DNA of 64,000 bases from Elsinoe ampelina (Eukaryota), in assembly GCA_010093995.1 (NCBI GenBank), contig ML992508.1:1026506-1090505 (forward strand), written 5' to 3'. The notes beneath the pieces are model-generated. The model was not told the DNA's origin, ran no database searches, and worked only from the letters and a program-made list of their open reading frames with translations. How positions within the stretch are numbered: the stretch's first letter is position 1; each line of letters opens with the position of its first letter. Below, piece by piece: positions 36,291 to 48,799 of this stretch. The translations under genes and the position numbers were made by a program.

Positions 36291-36904
36291 ATGTCGGACG
36301 CTGCAATTCAAATTGCCGAGACCATACAGACCGCCAGCATCAAGCGGCACCCTTCACCCACACATGATATCAACCCTTCGACCGCGGCATCCGAGAAACG
36401 ACCTGTAGTAGTCGATGATGATGTGCTGTCAGAAGTCGAAGAAGCAGAAGACGACGAGATCCCAGTATCAGTCCTCAGGCCGGCTCCAAGGCGATCCAAT
36501 CTACCACCTCTACCAGACCTCCGATTCGAGCAGAGCTATCTAGCGAGCATACAAAACGCGGACACATGGCAAAGAGTAGCTTTCATCACGGTCAAAGATC
36601 AAGTCATCATGCCGCTGATGCAGGGAATGGTCTGGACTCTTGTCGTTGCCGGATGGAGACATCTCAATCGTGCATCCAAGTTCAACGGACACAGTGTCGG
36701 AGCGAGAATCCGGAGATGGTGGTGGGACGTGAATAATTGGAACGTGCCTCAGAAATACAACAGGCTGGCCGATCCGAAGCTGGCAGAGGACGTCAAAGAG
36801 GTGAGTCTTATATTCTAAGATTGATTGCAACTGCTTATGGTCGAAAGACACTGCTCACATTCGCACAGTACTACACGGCCGAATTCAGCAGTGGCGGTGA
36901 CTGA
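36291..36904 (+). CDS. Fungal conserved protein DUF1770, 1 intron
   Basis: PPLPDLRFEQSYLASI, DQVIMPLMQG and GARIRRWWW.VNNW. Last exon YYTAEFSSGGD. Confidence 0.82.
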
Positions 36905-37924
36905 GCACCGTACGACTTCGATCTAATACTTGCGAACGCGTCAGAAGCTGTAACCGCAGCTGAAAAGACAACCAGTCGAGACAGGCGATCCGCGACCATC
37001 AACAACCGAAACGCCATGTATCATGCGCTACGCCAAGGTCTCATACCTTCAGAGGACTACCAGAAGTGGGCGATCGTTGGTCTGAAGGCCAGTTCACGTT
37101 TGAAGACGACGACTTCCGACCTTCAAGCCAGGTCTTGCCCAGGACACGCAATTGCTGCTGCACCAGGCGTGGGGTGAAGTTGATCCTGAGGGAATTTAGG
37201 GCTGAGATGCCATTGGAGGATGAGAAACAAGGGCGAATTGCGTGCTGCTGCTAGACACAGAGTGGTCGCTTATTCGATGCACTTCAAGAATGTGTGGTAG
37301 TACGAAGACGTGAAGGCACGTTGACTGTAAGGATGAAGCAAGAAGCCTCGAAGCGAGTATGTAGAGAGAAGTTCGAGTACATGGGTACAAGCCTGCAGCC
37401 AAGGCACATGGATCCATTCCTTTTGCAGACGTGCACTCCTTCATTGGTCTTGTTCCCCGGCCATTTATTGCCGGACTCAGAGTCCAGACGACCCATAGTC
37501 GACGATGAGATGGGTCCGCGAGTCAATAGCAGCGAATAAGCAGCCGATTTGACCTTCTCGAATTCAACACCCACGAAAGCGCGACGTCATTCGCAAAGCC
37601 CCTCGGCCGCTTTCCCCCTAAGAACAGTTTCTGCACCACAATTTTCTGCCTCTTGTTGCACCCGTTACTCAACCATGGCTGAATCTAGCTTTCCGTCATG
37701 CATCGGCAGTGCTTGGATGGGAGTTATGTTGGACCTCTTTCTGTACACTGACTTTCCTTTCTTCTTTACTTCACGTTTACATCTGTTGATGTGAAAGCAC
37801 CTGCTCTTCACAGAAGAAAGAGCAAATTGAGCGACAGTATCGCATCCAGCTTCATAAATACTGATTGTCCTCTATTCATCTTCAATTCTCCTTGGACTTG
37901 AGACATAGTCTACTTTCAACCGAC

Positions 37925-39231
37925 ATGGCTGAAAAGCCCGTCTTTGTGGCAACCCATCCTAGGGCATGCTCTACAGCTTTTGAGCGGGTAACATACTCCG
38001 GACGCCTACCATTGGCTCAGGATTGACATCTCCCAGGTCTTCATGACATCCCGCGATCGACTTGTTAATGTCCACGAACCTTTCGGAGACGCCTTCTACT
38101 TTGGTCCCGAAAGGCTCGGCAATCGTTATGAGAATGACGAAAAGGCACGACTCGAGAGTGGTTTTGCCGACTCGACCTACAAATCTGTCTTTGATGATAT
38201 TCTGGATCAGGGCAAAGAGGTGTGATTTCTCCGCGCATTCGTTTTTGTCTCTATGTTTCAAGTGGCTACAATCAGCCTTCTTTGCCCCCTTTCAACCCCA
38301 TAAACACCGGGAAGCATATTCGGCCCCTGTTGTTCGAGACCAAAGGTTTGGGTGAACTTCTCTATACTGAAGACTAGTCGCCGCTTCAGTAGGGACAATT
38401 CACTGATCTCAACGGCAGGGTAAGCGAGTCTTTATCAAGGACATCGCTCACTACCTATCCCCACCCAATGGGAAGCCCGCCAGTATTGCCCCTTCCCTAC
38501 AGAAGGTCAAGCGAGGTGTCGGCACATCTGACAGCTTCGAACACACCAACGGGAAGGCAGTAAACGGCGACAGTTCCTCCCTCCCCTATCCCACGGAGCC
38601 CGAGCCAGGCAACCCCACCGTGGTCCCCTCCGAAGTCCTCCGCCAATTCCACTTCGCCTTCCTCATCCGCCACCCCAAGCACAGCATCCCCAGCTACTGG
38701 CGATGCACCATCGACCCGCTCGACAAAATCACCGGCTTCCACAACTTCATGCCCGAAGAAGCCGGCTACGACGAACTCCGCCGCATCTTCGACTACATGA
38801 AAGACACCGGCATCGTCGGACCCAGCATCACCGATCACCCCACCAACGGGCACCAAACCAACGGCCACTCCGGCGTCCCCATCACCCTCGTCGACGCCGA
38901 CGACCTCCTCAACGCGCCAGACAGCATCATGCGCAAATTCTGCACCGCCGTCGGCATCGAGTACAGCCCTAAGATGCTCGAATGGGACACGGAAGAAGAC
39001 CACGCTTTCGCCAAGGACAAGTTTGAAAAGTGGAAGGGCTTCCACGAGGACGCGATCAATTCGACGGGTCTGCATGCGAGGGAGCACGGGAAGCCGGAGA
39101 CGACGCCGGAGCAGGATTTCGAGGAGTGGGAGAAGAAGTACGGCAGGGAGGCGGCGGAGGTGATTAGGGACACTGTGGAGAGGTGTTTGCCTGATTATGA
39201 GTATTTGAAGGGGTTCGCTATCAAGGCTTAG
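37925..39231 (+). CDS. Sulfotransferase-like P-loop fold protein (fungal family), 2 introns
   Basis: MAEKPVFVATHPRACSTAFER|VFM, HEPF, GKRVFIKD, FLIRHP..SIPSY, LVDADDLL and FHEDAINSTG. Confidence 0.82.
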
Positions 39232-39939
39232 GAGGATGGGGGTGCGGGGATGACGGGAGGGGTGTCTGGGCGAAAGGGTGTGGCAAAGAGGTTAAGGGAT
39301 GGGGTCAAAAGGTATTGGTGCCGGGCTGGAAAAGGATGGAGGACTGAGGAGAGGGATGAAAAGGTCAAATTGATATGAACAGTACATGATTTTCACGAGT
39401 TCTTCTTTATGCAGAATGAAACACAGTACATACTTGGCACCACATTCACTAGCTTCGAAGCGCACACAGATCTAGCTTGATGTGATGTCAATCGAGCACG
39501 TGACCCCCACCGATAACGGTCAAGAGCCTACCGCGAAAACAGGCGAGACATGTCTCCCAAGTCTCCCAGCCCCTAGCCTGGTACACTACAAGAACCATAC
39601 ACCCGATGAACGATTGGTATGTGGAGATCATTGATATATAAAGTCTAAGCAGGGTATCTCTCCTCACGCACCTACGCCACAAAATGCCAGATTACCCAAT
39701 TCCCATCCTCGAACCCTTGATGCGTATATGTATACCCCTATCCCAAGCCGACCTATGCACATCCTATCTCTTGCCCACCCCTCGTCCATCACTTCCAGTC
39801 TATCACACTCAGCCCCTTCATCTGCATCCCTGCACGTCTCATTGTCCACAACAACCAAAGCACCCGCGTCCCGATTCCACCCGCAGCGTGATCTCCTGCT
39901 GCCGTGACCGACCTCGTTCGAGACCATCGCCAGAAGCAT

Positions 39940-41179
39940 CTACTTCGTCTTCAAAACCTTCGGCGGCGCCAACTCCGTCTTGAACACCCGATCCCAAAAC
40001 CTGCTCGTCACGCCAAACCCATTCTCGTAGTCCGCAAAGTGATGCTGGAGGTGGTACTTCTTCAGCTCGCGCCAGTAAGCAGGGAGGCTGTGCTTGTCAG
40101 CATTGCTCATGCGATATACTCCACAAGACCAAGAGGGAAGTAGAGGCCCGGAGGGGGGAAACTCACTTCTTATGATGCAAAAAGTAATGCGTCAAATCAT
40201 AGCAGATGTACCCGAAAATCCCCCCGCAGAACACCGCCGTGGCTGCCTCCCACTGGTAGAAAAACAGCGCGTGGGCGAGTTTCCAGAAGGGCGTGGCCAG
40301 GACGATGAACAGCGTGGGCGGCATGACGAGGCGGTATTTATCCATGGGTAGATAGTGATGGATACCGTGCAGGAGGAAATGCAACGTGATCCCTACCCGG
40401 TTATCCGGGAGGTGATTGTCGAGGTGGAACAAACATCTGTGCAGCCCGTACTCGACGATCGTCCAGATGCCCAGCCCTAGAGCCCAGTGCGCTCCCAGCG
40501 CGAACGGGGAGAGGGCTTGCGAGGAGAGATACGTCCCGTACAACACCGGGGGAAGCCAGACCGTAGGCACGATGTACCAGGGCGTCAGGGAGAGGGGCTC
40601 GAGGAAGTTTCCGAATAGAGGGGCAGAGGCGCCGCCGCGGTAGTGACGCGGTCGGTGGACTTGTTCGAGGTAGAAGTCTTTGGAGAAATTGCCTCGCCAG
40701 ACTTGCATGAGGAGGGGCCGGTTGAGGTCGAGGAACTTGTGGGTCTTGTAGTCGGTGGAAATGTCGGTTTCGCGGTGGAGGTCGTCGGCAGAGGACATGC
40801 CTGTGTTTGCGTAGACGGGAGGGGATTGTGTTGCGAGCTCTTTCTGGCCGTTGGCTGTGGGTGGGAGGGGTACGATGGAGGCTGGGTCCGAGGACTTTGT
40901 GACGCTGTCGATGAGGTTTTCGTCGGCGACGAAGCCGATGTGATATTCTTCTAGCACGTCGTAGGCTGATTCGGAGTGTGCATGTGAGATGTCATCCTCC
41001 ATGATCTCTTTGACGTCTTTCCCGCCATACTCGAGGATGAGGTCGCCTCCGCCAGGGTGGTCGTCGAGGAAGGATGTGATGTCGTATACTTTTGTTCCTA
41101 TCGTTACGTAGCAGGCATCGCTGGTGTTCTTGGATGCGACATCGGCGACAGGCAGTGTCGGAAGCGTCCTGCCTGGCAT
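39940..41179 (-). CDS. SCS7: Sphingolipid fatty-acid 2-hydroxylase with an N-terminal cytochrome b5 domain, 1 intron
   Basis: HPGG b5 motif and His boxes HRCLFH, HGIHH, HYFLHH and HLQHH; ends FGVTSRFWD. Confidence 0.95.
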
Positions 41180-41505
41180 CGCGGAAACAGCGGATACAGC
41201 GGAATCAGGGGCGAGTGGGAGATTGTTTGGGGAAACGCAGCGGAGTTGACAAATGCGCTGAATCGACGCAGAGTATTGAGTTCGTACAGGTCGTGGATAT
41301 TCGAAAAGGAGTGAAGGTGCGCAAAGGCAAATTAGGATTAAATGAGATCAGACGTCAACATTGGTGAGAATGATTCGATTTCTTGATCAAAAGTCCGGCC
41401 GCAGATTGAACACCGAGAGACCGACAGCCAAAAGGCCAAAAGACCAGAAGACCCTTGAAACGGAGTCGCGCGGAACCTGACCCCAGAGCCGCATCAATGA
41501 CGATA

Positions 41506-43496
41506 TAGTAGGACCTCTATATACCGTTAGCTGCGTGAATCGGCCGATTAACGGTATAGCCAAGATATCGGTGTGTCAAATAAGGTAGTGTAACTGCTTT
41601 AAAACCTCTTAATTCTATAGTCTATTACCTTATAAAGAACTTATAAATAGCTAGCTGCCTTATAGAGGCTCTTAAGCGTGCTTAAATAATCTTACGATGC
41701 TCCTCTACCTCCTTTAGTAGCTTAAAGTTATACTCCTCCGACTACTCCTTATATAGCTAAAGCTATGCTAGTGTAGTTAAAGCCTCTAAGTGCTTTATAT
41801 ACTAGAGCACCTCTACTGTCTTATTCTCTTCTTTATGCTCTAGTATAGGTGTATATTGCTTAGTAATAGAGAGAAGAAAGGCTTCTCTAATCTCTTTATA
41901 GGTATCCTTAACCTCCTCTTCCTCTAGCTATAGTAGGCTAGCAATAGTTATTGCTAGATAGATAGCGTTCCTAAGCTATAGAGTATATAGCTACTATTAT
42001 ACTTCTGCCTCTACCTCCTAATCGATAGGCTTTAGTAGAGGAGCTTAGTTCTGCTAGCGGAGTTGCTCTCTTTACTACGCTTTAAAGGTAAGAGGGCCTT
42101 TAACCTTACTAAGAAGAGTTAAATAAAGCTAGCAATTAGCAATAGAAGTTACCGATACTTTATCCTAAGCCTAGAGAGTGTTACGGATAGCCTTTAGTAT
42201 ATTAATTGTCTTTATAGGATCGCGTAAGAGTTCGATCTCCTCTAGTATATAAGTAAGCTAGCACTTCCGATAGTAGGCCTTAAAGTAGTAGATAACTCCT
42301 TAATCTAGAGGCTAGTACTTACTTATAGAGTTTGCTAGTAGCTAGATAATCTTAATATTAGTGACTTTATATTAAATTACTATAACTACGCACTTATATG
42401 CTAAGAAGTTATTAAGAAGAAGAGTAATCTAGAGGAGCAAATTTAGCATATATAGCTTATATAATGTAAAATTGCTACTTACCTTTCTACCGCCTACCTC
42501 CTTATTTAACTATCTTAAGTACTCTTTAAAGATTGAACTAGTTATCTAAGATGTCTTATTTACTTGCTAGAACATGTTCTAGCGCTTAATATCGACTCTA
42601 GCAGCTTTAAAACACTATAGTACTTTAGCATTGCTAATGATCTAAGGCTTTAGCTTATAGTTACTAGAGGCATTATAAGTAAAAAGCACTAAGAGCCTCT
42701 TCTTACTACGCTTAGTGCTAGGTAGTAGTTATAAGGCTAGAGAGTAATTAGGTATTATTATATAATAGAGGCTAGTCTTATTAGCGTTGTACTAATCATC
42801 TAGATAGTAGTATAACAAGCGCTCTTTTACCTTTATAAGCTCTTTAGTATACTTCTCTTTATCGACATTACTAGCCTTACTATAATAGATCCTCTACCTA
42901 ATGTTGTATCTGCTCTTAAAGCTAGTAAGCTAGCTATTAGAGAACTTCGGCATCTCTTAGTCTTTGTACTAAGGCATTACCTTAAATAACCTCTTAGCTT
43001 GCTCCTTTAAGAGAGTACTAGTTACCGACATTAGCTGCTTAATTTTTAGCTGCTACTAGAAGAGCGTAGCCTCTAGCTCCGGAAGGTGCTCTATCCTCCT
43101 TCTTTTACTATTAGGCTTAGCCTTATCTCTAGCCTTGTAGTACTTCTAGTAGATAATATTAGAGATAGTAGATTAATAGATAGTGTAACTCTAGAGGTAG
43201 CTAAAGTGATTAGCTAGCTACTGCTAGCTATAGTAAGGATACTCTTCATAGCGCTAGATAACTACTGCCTTCTAGCTGGCGGTAATAGCATTCCTTAGAG
43301 GCATAACGACTAACAATTAAATAGGCTATTAGCACTAAAATTAGCACTTTGTATACCGATAAAGAGCTTAGTTGACAAACGGAACGGTATAACGAGAGAG
43401 TAGCTTATTTAGCAGTGAAAAAAACGGTAAATTGCAACTCCAACGGAATAACCAAGATAACGGTATATAAACTAACGGTATATGCAGGTCCTACTG
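41506..43496 (-). mobile_element. Complete RIP-inactivated Tc1/mariner superfamily (pogo/Tigger, CENP-B-like DDE_1) DNA transposon, 1991 bp
   Basis: 25-bp TIRs, 22/25 identical ((T/C)AGTAGGACCT(CT/GC)ATATACCGTTAG). TA duplications at 41504-41505 and 43497-43498. Strongly TA/TAG-rich, CA-depleted interior. Confidence 0.92.
41625..43304 (-). pseudogene. RIP-mutated pogo-family transposase
   Basis: Stop-riddled translation retains FSNS*LTSFKSRYNI (FSNGWL..FK.RY HTH), YNANKTSLYY (N.DETGL), LLLNNFLAYK (LLDNF.AH) and SKY*PLD*GVI (QPLDQG). Confidence 0.85.
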
Positions 43497-44206
43497 TATC
43501 TGCGCTTTGGTGGATCTCAAAACAATCCCATTGCCACAAACCCGTCAGTCAGCCTTGTGATATTTTGCAGTATGCTACGCAACTACAATCACATGCGCTT
43601 ATTGCAGTGGCTGCCAGCCACAATAAAGCCACTCTGAACAGCCGCCTCAGCACAAGATGAGCGCTACATCGTGGTCGGCCGGACACGGAAAGGATCTGAG
43701 TGTGCAGCTTGATCAAACGACCTTGGTAACTGGGAAGAGGCCAGTAATCACGCATTGTACAGAGATCAATGTTGGTGGTACATCTACAAGTTTTATATTT
43801 CTTCAGTGTCTGGTCTGTCGTTATCATTTCCTCCTCTTCATCAAAGCCATTCAAAACATTAGATCATTACAGTTTCTTTCGGTGCTGTCCACTTGTAGAC
43901 AGCGAAGCGTCAGCGTGACGTCTAGCCTCTAGCCTCCAAGCACCATGTGGTGGCCACCCAGCCCAGAACCCAGCAAGAGCAGCGGCATGCGTCCAAACTT
44001 TTGTTGATGGGCAAGAGACCTTGAAGAGTGTGAGAGGAAGAGAAGACCTTTGGTGACGGAGAGTGTGAGTATCGGATACAGGGTAGGAAGGATGTGAAAG
44101 AATGTCCATGAAGAAAACCAGCCGTGCCGTCATCGCAACGCCAAATAAGCAGAAAGCCGTCCCAGATGCAACGTCAAAAAGCCATCCAATGCAAGTCGCT
44201 CACCAA

Positions 44207-45791
44207 TCAGCGCCGTCCAGTCCTCTCCTTCTCGAGCACGAGGTCTCGGATCATCGGGAAACAATGCTTGCGACTATCCACGCCAGGCACGTCCTTCTTG
44301 ACACGATTCCAGATCTTCTCGAGTATGTCGGGGGCAGCATCGAGTCCCTTCCACACGATGATTCTATCCTGCATATACTCAGGTGAGAAGGGGTCAGTGC
44401 GTGGAGAGCCTTTGGTCTTGTGCTCGGGTAGCTCCTTCAACCATGCTGACACATGCTTCGAGATGTGGTCAAAGGAATTGTCATGTCGGGTGAACTTCTT
44501 CTCCTTGGTTTCTTGGACCGGCTTCTTCTTGTCATCCTTCTCGGTGTGGTAGGGGGCGGGACACCCGTGTGCCCTCACTCCCGTGTGCATTACGCGATGT
44601 CGGTTGAGGTGCTCAGTTCGTTCAAATCGCGCATCGCAGACTTTGCCATTGATTTTGTGGTCGCAGAACTTTGACGGCTTAGTCTTTCTCGCTGGGTTGG
44701 AGTATCCTGTGGTATCGTCGTAGTCGAGCACGATGTCTCGTAGCTTGTCGTGGAGGACGAACTTGCCGGTCCGAGGGTTCTTGCTGACCATGTTGGCATT
44801 GTGAGCCTTCACTTTGGTCCCCTTTCCAGACCTTCGTTTGGTGACTCGGGATGGTGTAGGATAATGAGGAAATGGAACACTAAACTCATTGACGGTTGGC
44901 GATGACGACTCAGCTTTGACTGTATGGTTGAATGGTGACGAGTCAAAGTCAGCCAGCGTTGAAGCCGAGAAGCTGCTGTCGTTCCTGTGGAGGTTTGGGC
45001 ACGGCATACAAGCACTGCCCGACACAGTCTGTGATGGAACGACTGGTGCGGTCGGGAGACTATCGTAGAACTCCATTGACGCGTCGAAATTCATGACATC
45101 TCGAGCTTGTTGCCCATTCGTCATGTACGATGGTTCCAAAGGAGTCATCATCTCGATCCCAGAGTCGAACGAAGTCGATGCCGTGTTGGGAGGCGTGTCA
45201 GTCTGTGTCGAAAACATGAGACCATGAGACGGTGTGATAATTGGAGCTGGCCTGAAGCTCGCAAAGGCTTTAGTCGGATGGTCCCATTGTGCCGGGGAAT
45301 CGTGACCGATCATGAACTCGAATCGGCCATCCTCGTCCGAGGGACTGCATGGCGATATCAAGCCGTTCCCATTCGCTGCGGTGAATGCACTGTGAAACTG
45401 TGCTTGGTATGCATTCGACAACTTCGTGTTCAAGAGACGAAATGAGGTTTGGTCCGCAGATGGATCGATAGACGGGGTAAAGGCTTCCTGAAGGTGATCA
45501 GGTGACAAAGTGCCCGAAGAGGCTCCGATGAGGCCATCGTCCCAGGACTGGTAGGTAGAAGTCGTCGACTGGCGCCTATGATCGGAAGCAGAAGAGGGGG
45601 GAGAGGCTAGACCTGGCGATGACAGAACATCATTCCAATTGGTCCTGTTCACTGTGGCGGATTCCATCATGAAAGCTGACATTCTGTTAGGGACAAGCAA
45701 AAACAGACGCAATAAGCGACAAGAGGGATGGCATGAAAAGGAGATCAGGGGAGGGATATATACCATAGCTTTGCTCAACCAGGTTGAACAT
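44207..45791 (-). CDS. C2H2 zinc-finger transcription factor (BrlA/Msn2-type finger pair at the C-terminus), 1 intron
   Basis: Exon 1 MFNLVEQSY spliced to AFMMES. Ser/Pro-rich activation region, then CDARFERTEHLNRHRVMHTG and KKFTRHDNSFDHISKH. Confidence 0.8.
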
Positions 45792-47439
45792 AGTGGGACG
45801 CGCTTGTGAAGGTACAGGCGCGTGATGGTGGTTGGTCAAGAAGATCCAGTGGGTACCGCTGAATGCGCTCGAACGCGAGTTTGATGATGAGCAACCCGCG
45901 CTTCTAGGCAAAGAGCTAGCTTGAGGTCTGGATTGGGAGTGAAGAAAGGGATTTGCTCTCTGAACCCACTTGACAGATCGAGGCAGGAAGGATTCCTCGA
46001 GATGTCCAGGAGGAACAAAGATTACGGTTGATGTCCTTGCTCAAGAATAGAAGTCCCATGGAGAAGGACAAAACGATAGTCCTTGCGGCTTGTTCGTAGT
46101 TGCATGAGCCACTCATGCACCTCCTTTGCAACAGGTAGGCGGGAACGCCATCCTCAGCGACAGGTAGGCGGCTGTACCTCTCGATGGCATTCTGAGAGGT
46201 ACCCTAGTCCAACCTGCAGATGCTAGCGGTCCAGGGAATGGGTTGCTGGGAAATCATAGGCTCAACGTCAACCAGTGTGGAGGCGGCAGGGTCTGGGGGG
46301 CACAGACAGCTATGGGGACTATGCCGCTCTTCAAACACTCTGTCGACACCGTCAAAGAAGATCCCGTGTTGACCAGGGCAAAGCTTGACATGTATACTGT
46401 CGTGCAGCATGCAGTCGAGATCCGCAGTGTATCTGGAGGCGCAGGTTGCAAGCAGATGTGTGGTATGCAACACTTGTGGCAGCCACATCAGATCTGACGC
46501 CTCTACCGTGTCAACGGCCATTTCTGGGAGTGTCCCCGACTTCTGATCGGTCTCTACCAGCAGGGATGGGGAATTGCTGGAATTCCGACATGTTTTGCAG
46601 TGACGGTGGTCGAGATCAGACCGTGGTACAAAGTGTGCAGGGATCTGGGTGGTCATTGCTTCAGAGCTCCACATTACGTGCATACCGCTACTTTCGTGCA
46701 TTCCTCGAGAGCAAAACGGCAACATGTCCAGCAGAAGTGGACGCGCAGGATCGCCGTCAGGACTCGAGAGTTATGCTGGTTGATGCAGCTCAAGGTAAAA
46801 ACTCGGGCGGCGGTCGATCTGTTCTGCCGGCAGTATGCTCCACAGGCACATCTCTGGCATTTATCACCAGCCGTGCCGCTTGTCTTGTCAAGCCTGTGGT
46901 TGTACAACCAGGTGATGCTTGCGAACAATAAAGGAGGCGGACATGCTCCGACAAACGACCGTTAGACCATCGGACCTGATTTTCCGCGCTTGAAGCTGGA
47001 CCTCTACTCATACCCCATATCATGACGGGGCGCACCCTCCATACCCGATCTTGATCCAATCGTGACCGAGGCCGTGCACACCCTCCCGTCAAAGGTTGCA
47101 ACATGCGGTGACACTGCCGATTCGTACAGCGGCTCGACATGCAGAATGGCGCGTAGATCCTCCGGTTTACCTCATGCATAAACTCTGTCGCTGAACCAAA
47201 CTTTGAAGACTCTTGCCTGCCGTTTCGCCTTGCGTGCCTGCAGCTGCATCTCGTATCAGATGCCAAGCCCGCACACATTCCTCTGGTTGAAATGAGGCAG
47301 CTTCACAACCTCGAATGACGAACGAGCCTTGTGTAACCCCAAAACTTGAGTGAGAAGAAGGACTGTCAAGATCGAGGACGATCGTAAAGGTAAATAGCGG
47401 TTGACATTGCTGTGATTCTATCAGATACGTCAGACACTT

Positions 47440-48397
47440 CTAAAGTTTAGATCTCGCCCAGACGCTACCGCCATCGATGGCAATGTTCGCCCCGTTCAGG
47501 TGGCTTGACGCTTTGGAGCAAAGGAAGACGACTGTTCCTGCAATGTCCTCCGGCTTCCCCAAACGCTTGTTGGGATTGGCATCAGCCAGAGCTTGTACAC
47601 CACCGCTCAACTCCATAAGACCGTTCGCCATTTTTGTCGGGAAGAAGCCAGGCGAGATTGAGTTAACAAGGATACCGCGGGGACCGAGTTCGACAGCCAG
47701 GTTCCTGGCAAGGTGAATTGCGGCTGCCTTTGACGCACTGTAGCCTGGAGTGGCATTCTCTCCGGTTGAACCTACTCCCATGCCGGCAATAGATGCAGTG
47801 ATGATGACGCGGGAAGGGTTTTCGATGCTCGCTCTCTTTTGAAGCAGAGGGGCAAACCTTAAGGTGAAGTCTGGTTAGTGGGGCTGCCTTGTGCAACACA
47901 CCTTTCGTACTCACTTCTGTGTAGACACGAAGACGGATTGTACGTTCAAGTGCATGACCTTCTCGAAGGCGCTCTCTGGGTGCTTGTCGAATGGCGCCCC
48001 CCAAGTCGCACCGGCATTTGCAAAGAGAATGTCAACATGATCTGTGTGCTTGCTGACCTCCGCTACCAATCTTTCGGTCTCGCCCTGTTTCGCGAGATCT
48101 GCAGGTACAGAGATTGCCTTGCCCTTGATTCCTTTGAGATTGTTGAGAGCCGTGCAAGCCTCTTCGCACGCCTTGGCTTTGCGGGAGGTGATGAAAACGA
48201 GGGAGGCTCCGGCCTGAAGGAGACTGGAATGCTTTGTCAGTTGTGCTTGTACATGGGCAGTGGAATGCCAATCGATCATACCCAGATGCGGCATGTAGAC
48301 CGAGGCCCCTGGAGCCACCAGTGACCACAGCGACCTTCCCATCGAGGGAGAAGATCGAGCCGAAGCTCTCAAGCTGTACATCTGCTTCGGCGGACAT
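47440..48397 (-). CDS. Classical short-chain dehydrogenase/reductase (RhlG-like), 2 introns
   Basis: VTGGSRGLG, LFANAG, YSASK, ISPGFFPT and IAIDGG. Confidence 0.92.
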
Positions 48398-48799
48398 GGC
48401 GTTCGGTGCTGTGAATGTGGTTGTGTATAGATGTGATATGCTTTGAATACGCTCGAGGTCTTGTGGTCAAGTGAAAGGGATAATTATAATCAGGTAGGAG
48501 ATTTGTGTTTGACCGAAGATGCATTATCTCCATTTCATAACCGACAGCGAAACATGGGGAAGGGTGCGGAGAAAAAGATGCCTCGGTTCGGCGTCGGTGC
48601 AAGCCCATCACTCATCAATGCATGATCAATACAGCAATCAAACACAATCTCAATTCGATTAAAGAACGTCTAGAAGGGTATTGGTAAAAGACCCGGAAAA
48701 ATATGTCGTCGTGAAAGGGTCGTCAAAATCCACATAATACGCCTTTTGAAATGCATCGCCGCCAACTATGCACAACCCCAACTCCCCCTCTACCACGCA

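Noticed and set aside
45683..45791. Possible overlapping uORF via a CTAACAG acceptor in the C2H2 gene
   Set aside because: The next AG 8 nt downstream has better branch spacing and gives an in-frame exon 1.
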